Assembly: GCF_963921235.1 (NCBI RefSeq)
Contig: NC_086108.1
Location: forward strand, 19,344,001 to 19,408,000
DNA: 64,000 nucleotides
Reading direction: 5' to 3'
Origin: Mobula hypostoma
Lineage: Eukaryota
Under the pieces are notes generated by a model that did not search any database, was not told the origin of the DNA, and was given only the letters and a program-made list of their open reading frames with translations. Of the stretch, positions 1 to 10,933 are shown one piece after another (position 1 is the first letter of the stretch; each line of letters begins with the position of its first letter). Position numbers and translations under genes: made by a program.

Positions 1-146
1 TTTCTCTGACAAGCAATGCAACACTTCCCCCTCTTGCTCCTCCAATTCTATCACACCTCAAGTAATGAAATCCAGGAATATTTAGTTGCCAATCACACCC
101 CTCCTGCAACCATGTTTCACTAAGAGCTATAACATCATATTCAACA
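1..146 (-). mobile_element. CR1 LINE fragment, APE endonuclease N-terminus (runs off the window)
   Basis: Minus strand translates EYDVIALSETWLQEGCDWQLNIPGFHYLRCDRIGGARGGSVALLVRE, a typical CR1 APE (ETW and RGG-V motifs). Confidence 0.85.
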
Positions 147-149
147 GAT

Positions 150-615
150 GTAATTGTCACTTTTGCTCAGTAACTCGTTTTATTGCACATGTTAAATACA
201 GCAAAATAATACACAAAGACATGGCAAAAGTAAAGGCAAACAAATGAGGTAACAGCAAATTTCACTTTTGCCCAGTAACAAGCCTTATTGCATTTAGTTG
301 TAGCTGTCGTCCCTTTCATCGGTAAAGAGACTATGGCCGTAGGAAATGTTTCTGGACAAACGTGCACCAAGTCTTTAGTCTGGCAATTTCCTTTTAAGTT
401 TTTCTAGTTTATAACTGGACAAATGCGCACCAAGTACACCATTTCCTCTTCGCTTGTTTTCTGTGTGTCCTGCGCATGCCCAGTAGGAGGAGATTCGCCC
501 AAATATCTGTTTTAATGTAGACGAAGGTATTTTCAAAAACACCTGGTGTGGACGCCTATTGTTTTTACATGAAACCGGCATTTTCAAAATTATCCGGTCC
601 AGTGTGGACGTAGCC
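150..615. mobile_element. Non-autonomous PIF/Harbinger-like DNA transposon remnant
   Basis: Ends AGTGTGGACGTAGCC (601-615), the reverse complement of GGCTACGTCCACACT, a Harbinger-type TIR. Subterminal repeats are present (TGTGGACG, TTTTCAAAA). The partner TIR was not found. Confidence 0.5.
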
Positions 616-886
616 TTTAATATGTGAGATCATTTAAACAAGTTTGGGATGATGTTCAAAAGACTTCAAATTAATAGTCAATCAATGAGGACGACATTAA
701 TCCTACTTAACGGTCAACTAACTCAGCCCAGAGAACAATTATTCACCTAATCGGATTTTAACAAATCAATCGCTGATTACATAATTGGTAACCAATAGAA
801 ATGGCAAATATACCCACACACAAACGGACTAATCACAGGACACATAAAAGGCTAACAATGTAGATCACCAACATTTCATTTGAGGA

Positions 887-928
887 TGCATTGATGATGT
901 TGCCAAGCTAGGTAACGAAATGTCCGCA
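887..928 (+). ncRNA. Degenerate minimal hammerhead ribozyme of a second Penelope-like family
   Basis: TGCA-TTGATGA-T-GTTGCC-aagcta-GGTAAC-GAAA-TGTC-CGCA. Stem II has 6 bp and GAAA is intact, but C3 is changed to T and stems I and III are damaged. Confidence 0.6.
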
Positions 929-1440
929 AGCTAACAAGCCAGCTCGGCGAGCCATTCGACAATAAAAAATTAATAGTGTATCTGGAAGTAATTTAACAAG
1001 CTACTTAAGACTGAAAGCTGCTCTTCCACTAAAATCTTTTCCTGCAACACGAACGTACTCTTTGTACCTTCTTGGATCTCATGCAGAATTGTTATATTTA
1101 CTTCTAAATACTGGACAATTAGAATAAGTTTTCACTCCATTGCTGAGCTCTGTTGCAGCACAGCCTGCCCAATCAGGTCAAATCCATCATCAACCACTTC
1201 AGGAAACCCACAGGCAATAAGGGAGATCCTGAAGCTGCTGCCTGTCACACTGAGAAATAATTAATATTCATTGTTCTACCATTGTTCTTTCTGCAAAATG
1301 CAGTCCACAGAAATCTCTAAGAATTCCTTTTTAGAAAGTTGATCCTATTTCCTTCTGGACAGGGCTGAAACTGTCAAATGTTTAAATCACAGAGCAAGGG
1401 AAAAGAGCAACACGTGTCTAAAAAATGGCCTGACATATTC

Positions 1441-2376
1441 AAACAACAGGAATTCTGCAGATGCTGGAAATTCAAGCAACACACATCAAAGTTGCTGGTG
1501 AACGCAGCAGGCCAAGCAGCAACTGTAGGAAGAGGTGCAGTCGACGTTTCAGGCCGAGACCCTTCGTCAGGACTAACTGAAGGAAGAGTGAGTAAGGGAT
1601 TTGAAAGTTGGAAAGGGAGGGGGAGATCCAAAATGATAGGAGAAGACAGGAGGGGGAGGGATAGAGCCGAGAGCTGGACAGATGATAGGCAAAAGGGGAT
1701 ACGAGAGGATCATGGGACAGGAGGCCTAGGGAGAAAGACAAGGGGGGGCGGGGACCCAGAGGATGGGCAAGAGGTATATTCAGAGGGACAGAGGGAGAAA
1801 AAAGAGAGTGAGAGAAAGAATCTGTGCATAAAAATAAGTAACAGATGGGGTACGAGGGGGAGGTGGGGCATTAGCGGAAGTTAGAGAAGTCGATGTTCAT
1901 GCCATCAGGTTGGAGGCTACCCAGACGGAATATAAGGTGTTGTTCCTCCAACCTGAGTGTGGCTTCATCTTTACAGTAGAGGTGGCCGTGGATAAACATG
2001 TCAGAATGGGAATGGGATGTGGAATTAAAATGTGTGGCCACTGGGAGATCCTGCTTTCTCTGGCGGACAGAGTGTAGATGTTCAGCAAAGTGGTCTCCCA
2101 GTCTGCGTCGGGTATCGCCAATATATAAAAGGCTACATCGGGAGCACCGGACGCAGTATATCACCCCAGTCGACTCACAGGTGAAGTATTGCCTCACCTG
2201 GAAGGACTGTTTGGGGCCCTGAATGGTGGTAAGGGAGGAAGTGTAAGGGCATGTGTAGCACTTGTTCCGCTTACACGGATAAGTGTCAGGAGGGAGATCA
2301 GTGGGGAGGGATGGGGGGGACAAATGGACAAGGGAGTTGTGTAGGGAGCGATCCCTGCGGAATGCAGAGAGAGGGG
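1441..2376 (-). repeat. Inverted pseudo-LTR of the Penelope element (GIY-YIG coding end, 3' UTR and tail)
   Basis: Reverse complement of about 4430-5320, plus an extra tail of about 30-40 nt. ORF 1871-2401 matches the C-terminus of ORF 4037-4930 with 13 aa differences. Confidence 0.95.
1538..1576 (-). ncRNA. Minimal type I hammerhead ribozyme (intact core)
   Basis: Minus strand reads AGTC-CTGACGA-AGG-gtctcgg-CCT-GAAA-CGTC-GACT. Confidence 0.85.
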
Positions 2377-2569
2377 TGTAGGCCCCGACGCTAGCAGGCA
2401 TGAACTTCAGATTGCGGCCCCTGCCATCGATCTCGGTGGCTCCAACACCTCAGGGCATATTCAAAATCCGGACTCCAGCAACGACCATGGACACCTTCAC
2501 AGCGATTGTGCAACCACCAACTGCGACTCCAGCCTTGAACTCCAGGCCTGGTCTTCAAGTGCTGCTGTT

Positions 2570-4930
2570 GTGACTCCTGTCTCCCCTTCCCCCACCAATA
2601 CTCTGCAATCCCGTCTCCCTCAGATCTCACCATCAGCTCCTGGGCCCTCGGAGGCTCCACCTTCCTCTCACCCCAACCCTCCCCTCTCCACTGACACCCC
2701 CAGCCTCCCCCCTCCCCCCTCTGATCCCAGCTCTCATCCGTGCCGGGTCTTTACCATCCCCTCCGACCTTCAACTGTCGGAGGCAGAACGCTCTGTTCTC
2801 AGTAAGGGCCTCACGTTTGTCCCCCTTCGCCCACACCTCAGCGAGTTCCGTGTTCGCCACGATGCGGAACTTTTCTTCCGCCGTCTCCGAGCCTACTTCT
2901 TCGGCAAGTACGCTTCCACTCCCACCGATGACCCCTTCTCCCGTCTTCAACCCTCCTCTTCTTCATGGACACCCCGCTCTGGTCTTCTACCTGCTCTGGA
3001 TCTCTTTATCGCTAACTGCTGACGGGACATCAACCGTCTCGACTTCACCGCACCTTGTCCCCATTCCAACCTCACTCCTTCGGAACGCTCTGCTCTCCAC
3101 TCCCTCCGCACTAATCCTAACCTTATTATTAAACCTGCCGACAAGGGGGGTGCTGTTGTAGTCTGGCGTACTGACCTCTACCTTGCCGAGGCACAGCGAC
3201 AACTCGCGGATACCTCCTCTTATTTACCCCTCGATCGTGACCCCACTAAGGAGAACCAGGCCATTGTCTCCCACACCATCACCGACTTTATTCGTTCAGG
3301 GGATCTCCCATCCACTGCTACCAACCTTATAGTTCCCACACCCCGCACTTCTCGTTTCTACCTCCTACCCAAGATCCACAAACCTGCCTGTCCTGGCCGA
3401 CCTATTGTCTCAGCTTGCTCCTGCCCCACCGATCTCATTTCTGCATACCTCGACACTGTTTTATCACCCCTTGTTCAATCCCTTCCGACCTATGTTCGTG
3501 ACACTTCTCACGCTCTTAAACTTTTCGATGATTTTAAGTTCCCTGGCCCCCACCGCTTTATTTTCACCATGGATGTCCAGTCCTTATATACTTCCATCCC
3601 CCATCAGGAAGGTCTCAAAGCTCGACTCTTCTTTTTGGATTCCAGACCTAATCAGTTCCCCTCTACCACCACTCTGCTCCCTCTAGCGGAATTAGTCCTT
3701 ACTCTTAATAATTTCTCCTTTGGCTCCTCCCACTTCCTCCAAACTAAAGGTGTAGCTATGGGGACCCGTATGGGTCCTAGCTATGCCTGCCTTTTTGTTG
3801 GGTTTGTGGAACAATCTATATTCCATGCCTATTCTGGTATCTGTCGCCCACTTTTCCTTCACTACATCGACGACTGCATTGGCGCTGCTTCCTGCACGCA
3901 TGCAGAACTCGCATTAACTTTATTAACTTTGCCTCCAACTTTCACCCTGCCCTCAAGTTTACCTGGTCCATTTCCGACACCTCCCTCCCCTTTCTAGATC
4001 TTTCTGTCTCTGTCTCTGGAGACAGCTTATCCACTGATGTCTACTATAAGCCTACTGACTCTCACAGCTATCTGGACTATTCCTCTTCTCACCCTGTCTC
4101 TTGCAAAAACGCCATCCCCTTCTCGCAATTCCTCCGTCTCCGCCGCATCTGCTCTCAGGATGAGGCTTTTCATTCTAGGACGAGGGAGATGTCTTCCTTT
4201 TTTTAAAGAAAGGGGCTTCCCTTCCTCCACTATCAACGCTGCTCTTAAACACATCTCCCCCATTTCACGTACATCTGCTCTCACTCCATCCTCCCGCCAC
4301 CCCACTTGGAATAGGGTTCCCCTGGTCCTCACCTACCACCCCACCAGCCTCCGGGTCCAACATAGTATTCTCCGTAACTTCCGCCACCTCCAACGGGATC
4401 CCACCACTAAGCATATCTTTCCCTCCCCCCCCCCTGCATTCCGCAGGGATCGCTCCCTACACAACTCCCTTGTCCATTCGTCCCCCCCATCCCTCCCCAC
4501 TGATCTCCCTCCTGGCACTTATCCGTGTAAGCGGAACAAGTGCTACACATGCCCTTACACTTCCTCCCTTACCACCATTCAGGGCCCCAAACAGTCCTTC
4601 CAGGTGAGGCAACACTTCACCTGTGAGTCGACTGGGGTGAGATACTGCGTCCGGTGCTCCCGATGTGGCCTTTTATATATTGGCGAGACCCGACGCAGAC
4701 TGGGAGACCGCTTTGCTGAACATCTACGCTCTGTCCGCAAGAGAGAGCAGGATCTCCCAGTGGCCACACATTTTAATTCCACATCCCATTCCCATTCTGA
4801 CATGTCTATCCACGGCCTCCTCTACTGTAAAGATGAAGCCACACTCAGGTTGGAGGAACAACACCTTATATTCCGTCTGGGTAGCCTCCAACCTGATGGC
4901 ATGAACATCGACTTCTCTAACTTACGCTAA
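2570..4930 (+). pseudogene. Penelope RT/GIY-YIG ORF, disrupted
   Basis: One frame from 2570 with an in-frame TGA at 3020-3022 continues through 3569 (MDVQSLYT). Frameshifts occur near 3915 and in the T-run near 4200, and the stop is at 4930. Confidence 0.9.
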
Positions 4931-5215
4931 GGCCCCACCTCCCCCTCGTACCCCATCTGTTACTTATTTTTATGCACACATTCTTTCTCTCACTCTCTTT
5001 TTTCTCCCTCTGTCCCTCTGAATATACCTCTTGCCCATCCTCTGGGTCCCCCCCCCTTGTCTTTCTTCCCGGACCTCCTGTCCCATGATCCTCTCGTATC
5101 CCCTTTTGCCTATCACCTGTCCAGCTCTTGGCTCTAACCCTCCCCCTCCTGTTTTCTCCTATCATTTTGGATCTCCCCCTCCAACTTTCAAATCCCTTAC
5201 TCACTCTTCCTTCGG

Positions 5216-5254
5216 TTAGTCCTGACGAAGGGTCTCGGCCTGAAACGTCGACTG
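5216..5254 (+). ncRNA. Minimal type I hammerhead ribozyme (intact core)
   Basis: Stem I AGTC(5218-21)/GACT(5250-53), core CTGACGA (5222-28), stem II AGG/CCT, GAAA (5242-45), GUC triplet (5247-49) and a palindromic ACGT mini stem III. Confidence 0.85.
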
Positions 5255-6289
5255 CACCTCTTCCTACAGATGCTGCTTGGCCTGCTGCGTTCACCAGCAA
5301 CTTTGATGTGTGTTGCCTGACATATGATGATGGGTGTTAGGACAATTAACATAATTTTCTTAGTTTGTATAATATTCAGTGGCAAACTATGGATAGCTGT
5401 TTCTAACAAGCAATATTAAGGGCAAAGTTCTTTGCCTAGCATTCATCTGGCTAGGTCTACCTGCACCAAGAAAATGTTGAAACAAGCCCATTTCACATCC
5501 AAAATTACAAACCGAAGTATGCACCACCTTCTCTACACAGAATGTAGTAAATAACCATAACAGAAAACGGTCTAGCACTACTAAAACTGACGATGGACTC
5601 ATTCTCTGCCACTAGGAGGAAGCACATCTCTTAGAATAAAGCCCACTGCACTGCCATGCACTGCATATTCTGACATTCAAAATCATGGGTTGACTCTTGC
5701 AGAGAAGCACTGGAGACCTCTGGGTACTGCAACCACTTCTCTAGGCAAATCTGGGATTAATTATGCAATTGGTAGCCACTCTTTGTAGATTACTTCCCCA
5801 AGCACATTTATGTTGGACGATTAGAAGTTCGTTCATGGAGCACAGAGTGGCAGCAGCTCCCCGTGCACACAGTACGAGGAGTCTGCTGCTGAACGCGTCA
5901 CTTTAGACTGGAGAAGGAACAACAAATCCATTCAACGAACAGGAACAGGTGCAAAGGACAAACTATTTGATAATTAACTTTTTTGAGCTGAACTTAGCAA
6001 TTGAAAGCATTGACCCAAAAAGCATTTTTGCTTTGATTTTGAATTGTTCATTTAGATTTAAATGTCTGAGCTAATTGAATTTGTTCACCATTTTTTTAAC
6101 TTTTTAGTTCACTGTCCAGTTTATTTCAGCTATTCCATGTAAACGGATTGTTCATAGAGATTGAGGAAGATGTATTACTGCTCTCCCAGAATGCAGCAAT
6201 GTCACAAAACAAGATGATCCCCAATTGATCTTCCAAGCGCATTAACTACTGTCAGTTTAAGATGCAAAAATAACTTCTGTGTGATCAAT

Positions 6290-6720
6290 GGAGATTCAAG
6301 AGACTGGGATCAGATGCTGGAATCTGGAGCAACCGCTGGAGGAACTCAGTGGGTCGAGCAACATCTGTGGAGTGGTGGTGGGGGTGTGGGAAGAAGAACT
6401 GACAACATTACAGGTCAAAACCTTGCATCAGGACTGTGAGTGAAGAGAGGGACTGGTGAAATCGAGGCCATGTCAGAGAGGATGAGAAACAGAGTTGGGA
6501 AAGAGTGAGAGATGGATAATAGATGGAAGCAGATTTTAAAAAGGATGGGGGCAGGAGGGAGGATGGGAAGATGAAGGGAGAGACAGCTGCTGGAAGTAGA
6601 TAAGAAGAGTAACCAGTGCAGAACTCCGATATGTAAAGGAAGAGATAATGGGAACCACCTAGGCGAGAGAGGGGAAGACAGATAGAACACGAATCAGATG
6701 AGCAAACGGGGTAGAGTTGG
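6290..6720 (-). mobile_element. Old Penelope 3' UTR fragment
   Basis: AGATGCTGGAATCTGGAGCAA...GGAGGAACTCAG...GCATCAGGACTG followed by a purine-rich tract, the same layout as 1441-1870. The hammerhead core is mutated. Confidence 0.65.
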
Positions 6721-7427
6721 TGAGTGAAATAAGTGCATAGATGGAACCGCAAGTCAAGCACACTCCATGAGCCCTGGCTCCCAACTGTTATTTCAAGGCC
6801 GCAGATAACTGCAGCCAAGAGGGCAGCTGAGCAGCATCTTCCAATGTTCTCCAAACTCACCTTCAAGCGGGAAATGCAGAAATATCCCACCCTCCAACAC
6901 TTGCACTCTGCTGATTTCCAGTGCCCACTTGCCCAGTGGTGGGATGAGCAGTGGTCTACATAAGAATACAGGAAAACAGGCACAGGATATGCAGATCCTC
7001 AAACTTTCCTCATGATTCAACAGACCAATGATGATCTGGTTCGGGCCTCCGCTCCTCTTCTGTGCCAGTTCCTTCTCTTCATCGCTCTGTCAAAGAAATC
7101 ATCTACCTCCTCTTTAAATTCTTCCAACAATCTAGCCTCCAAAACCTTCAAGAAGAATTGCAAAGATTCAACACCTCAGAGTAGAAGTTCCCTTGGTTTT
7201 AAATGACCACCCTCACCTATCCATACAGAACAAAGCAGGTGCCAAATAAAAGCAGCAGGAGACACATGCATCCTCTCTCCTCACACAATTTCTGATTGCT
7301 GAAAACTGAAAACCATTCCTGGAAATATCTATTTCTCTCCCTCACCACGTTGAGAGTCTCTGTCTTCATCACCTGAAGAGTGGAATTCCTCACTGCCCTC
7401 TGAACAAGCCGCCTACATCTCTTTACA

Positions 7428-7580
7428 AGCATTAGCACAACGCTATTACAGCTCGGAATGTCGAAGTTCAGAGTTCAGTTCTGGCACCCTCTGTAAGAAG
7501 TTTGTACATGAGCACATAGATTTCCTCCAGGTGCTCCAGTTAATAGGTTCATAGGTCATTGTAAACTGTCCTGTGATCTG
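7428..7580 (+). mobile_element. tRNA-derived SINE (HE1/V-SINE-like), degraded
   Basis: Head GCACAACGCTATTACAGC...GAGTTCAGTTC, core TTTCCTCCAGGTGCTCCAG, then GGTCATTGTAAACTGTCC. Confidence 0.55.
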
Positions 7581-9976
7581 ACACCTCTTTTCAGTCCTAC
7601 TGGTACCAGATGTCTCAACACATCCATTTCGAAAGTCTGGCCACTGTTTTCCATTTGCTCCGTGGTCCACTCTACCTCTGTACTCTTCATGTGTATGTTC
7701 CACCTCAATACCAGTTTTCTTTTCTCAGCTCTCTCCCTCCACCACCGTAAATCATTTTATCAAGAACTACAGACCAACAGCGAGGAGCTTTTTAATCCAG
7801 GCTCAATTACCTTTTCTACTTTGAACAAGCCCTGGTATTCTCTCCTCTTGGAAGCTGTCTTTTAAGTCCCATTTTGATCTAATGCTCTCGTGTACAGTAT
7901 AAGCTGCTCATCATATGATCTTCCTCCTGACAGTAAAATTCTCCAAGGCAATTTCCGGTATTAAAGCATATGGTATAAACAGAGTCATCTTTAACAACTA
8001 AGTACCAGAAGACTGAATTACTCATTTAAAAGAGCAGCTTGGAGATAATGACGTATAACAGTGGAACAAAGACATCGTTCACACCCCTACTAATCAAACA
8101 TCACAGGTGTTGAAAGTAACAAAAATAGCATAATGAAAAACATCCAACATATAAAAAAGACATTTAGTTAGTGTTCAAGTTAAAGCATCTTAGTTGAAAG
8201 ATCAAAATTTCAGCTACATACACCAAATTCTACAAAATTCAGACTTAATCAAAAGCTACCGTTTTATTTTGGGCATAAAATTATTCAGATTTTATTCTAG
8301 GTGCACATGATTAATGAGTGCTTTATGGATTACAATATTATAAATTTGGCAACAGAAGAGATTAAAGCCTTAGCTCAATATTTTTCTCTGTGACATCTGA
8401 TCTCACACATGGATTCTGGCTTTAAGCAGCTTCCTTCAGCTGGAAGTGGAAATTAGTGAACCACTGATTACTTCCCAGCTTCAACACAATAAGTCCTTCT
8501 GTACTCAAGAAGCCAGAGGGAGGTTTTGCTGTGGTAAACTGCAGTATGAACCAGGCATTGAAACACAACACAGATTGGTTCAAATGTCAAGGAATGCTGA
8601 GACTCAAGCCCATGGCCTACAGGCGCGTGTGTAAACCTGAAAGCTTTTGTTTCTAATCCCTGCGCCTTCCCAGATCTACAGGGGTAGGAATGCACAAAGC
8701 ACATGCATTGTGGGTACCGAGGAAGAAGAGGCCAAATAACAGGTTAAACATTAACCCCCTTTATCTTGCTGAGCAGGGTTCAAACCCAGCAAACTTTCTA
8801 GATTTCTTCTACCCATCAGCGATAAGGATGCCAATTGAAAATCTCAACCCAAACTTCAATTACAGTGGGTTCACGGCTTCAAACCAGCAGTGGATGTTGT
8901 GGGACATGGAACATCACAGTTCGATCCAATGTGGCTGCACTCAGCAGATATTGAGTCATATTCTTGTTTCACTGTTCTCAAATCATCTGACAATTCAGCT
9001 GGCTACACACCAGATACCCAAGTGAAGCTCATTTCATTTTTTCAACTCAAACAACACTCAACTTCAATCACAGCATTTAAAACTAAAAGTTCACAAAACA
9101 TTCAAGGCAAGGTAACATCAGCTGTGATATCCTGGAATGTATATAACCAGCTTGCAATGTCTTATTGAAGAGACTGAGATTAACCAGGGTGATACCTCAG
9201 CAAAGCTCCATATTTGAACAGTGTTGGTCAGATAGACTATAAATCCACATGGTAATTTTTACCAAGCATTTTAACACCATAACCATATTAGTTATTGGAA
9301 GTTAGCATGTTATGAGCATTACAAGCACCAGCAATTGAAATGTCATGGTAGAGTATTGCAAGATACCACAACTAATACCCAACACGTGCACTCACTCCAC
9401 CAACATCACAAGTCCATTAACACACGCTTCCCATTTCACTGAACTATTTGGGAACATTCAACAAAAATAACTTCTGCGGGTGCATGACTGCTTTCTTCAG
9501 ACTCCACTCCTTCCACCTCACGTTCACTGTTCCACCTTCCAAGACGAACATTGGACAGAGGTACCTGCACTCGTTGCAGAAAGCAGAGAAGGTCAAGCAG
9601 TACCTGAGAGGTCAGCCTTTGGCCGAAGTGGAAACTCTTCATTTACATTCTCAAGCTGCAGTTACTTTCCAAAATTTCTGTTCCAAGTTTTAAAAGCTGT
9701 TTTTAACAGCTTCCTCCACTTCTACGCTCCCAGCAGTAGAGTTTTCTCATGATTTTTTTTTAAATCAGAGAACATCTGCTCAACAGAATTCAATAGCCTA
9801 CTTCCACAGCTGCTAATATTATAGGCACAGCTGAAGACACGACACAAAAAGGCACAGATGACAATAGTATCGGAGTCATGACTGAAGGAACTTGCTTCTT
9901 GGAATCTTCTGATCAAATATTTTGCTCAGTCCTACCAACCATCAACTTGCTTCTTGTGAATAACAGCAAAAGATTT

Positions 9977-10384
9977 AACCATATAACCATATAACAATTA
10001 CAGCACAGAAACAGGCCATCTCGACTCTTCTAGTCCGTGCCGAACGCTACTCTGACCTAGTCCCACCGACCTGCACTCAGCCCATAACCCTCCGTTCCTT
10101 TCCTGTCCATATATCTATCCAATTTAACTTTAACGACAACATCGAACATGCCTCAACCACTTCTGCTGGAAGCTCGTTCCACACAGCCACCACTCTCTGA
10201 GTAAAGAAGTTCCCCCTCATGTTACACCTAAACTTTTGCCCTTTAACTCTCAACTCATGTCCTCTTGTTTGAATCTCCCCTATTCTCAATGGAAAAAGCC
10301 TATCCACGTCAACTCTATCTATCCCCCTCATAATTTTAAATACTTCTATTAAGTCCCCCCTCAACCTTCTATGCTCCAAAGAAT
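9977..10384 (-). mobile_element. CR1 LINE 3' end
   Basis: SLEHRRLRGDLIEVFKIMRG...RGNFFTQRVVAVWNELP, with a terminal (TATATGGT)n-type tail. Confidence 0.9.
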
Positions 10385-10933
10385 GTTGTTTGCTGTTACC
10401 CTTGGATTCTTTTTTATCTCCTTCACGCTGCACATTGTGCTCTTGGTGTAATCTTTGCAAGACACACACTCCTTAAGGAGAGTAGCAATACTACTGAATT
10501 TCCTCTATTTGTAAACAACTTCTCTTACTGTGGACAGATGAACACCAAGTGTTCAGAAAAAATGCTTTTAGGAATGCTTTTTCCAGCTTCATTCATCTCT
10601 ACAACTCTTCTTCTAAGATTTCCTGAAAGTTGTTTTGATAGAGGCATGGTGTACATAAACAGATCTCATCTCATTGCTTAAACACCTGACTCCAAATAAC
10701 TTTTGTAGAATGCATTACCCCAGGGGTTCACATAATTTTTTGAACCTGGACAGTGATTGTTTAAAAGGTGTACTTAGTAGTGACAAAAAGTACAATTGTT
10801 TCTGTGTTATTAGTTTGAGCAGTTGTGTTGGTCCATTCTTGTGACTTAGATGAAGATCAGACCATATTATGAGTAATTAATGCAAAAAAAAACAGGTTAT
10901 TGTAAAGGTTTCACAAGCTTTTTCTTGCAACTA
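10385..10933 (-). mobile_element. Tc1-like transposon 5' remnant (IR/DR type)
   Basis: TIR TAGTTGCAAGAAAAAGCTTGTGAAACC next to TA, with a similar internal repeat near 10720-10748. ATG at 10647 gives MPLSKQLSGNLRRRVVEMNEAGK, and frameshifted KITPRAQ follows, matching a Tc1 paired-like domain. Confidence 0.8.

Larger units (their letters stand above)
1439..5314 (+). mobile_element. Penelope-like retroelement (Neptune-type), 5'-truncated, with inverted pseudo-LTR
   Basis: RT motifs KPADKGGAVVV, MDVQSLYTSIP, GVAMGTRMGPSYA and YIDD; Cys linker PCKRNKCYTC; GIY-YIG domain ending at 4930. The 11-bp TSD GCCTGACATAT lies at 1428-1438 and 5315-5325. Confidence 0.95.

Noticed and set aside
1378..1884. 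168-aa plus-strand ORF and similar ORFs over Penelope UTRs
   Set aside because: Antisense reading of the purine/pyrimidine-biased UTR; no protein features.
6408..6983. 191-aa minus-strand ORF
   Set aside because: Mostly the low-complexity pyrimidine tract of an old Penelope UTR; no domain recognised.
9436..9960. Cluster of overlapping short ORFs; possible continuation of the Tc1
   Set aside because: No Tc1 or host-protein motif and no convincing splice pair.
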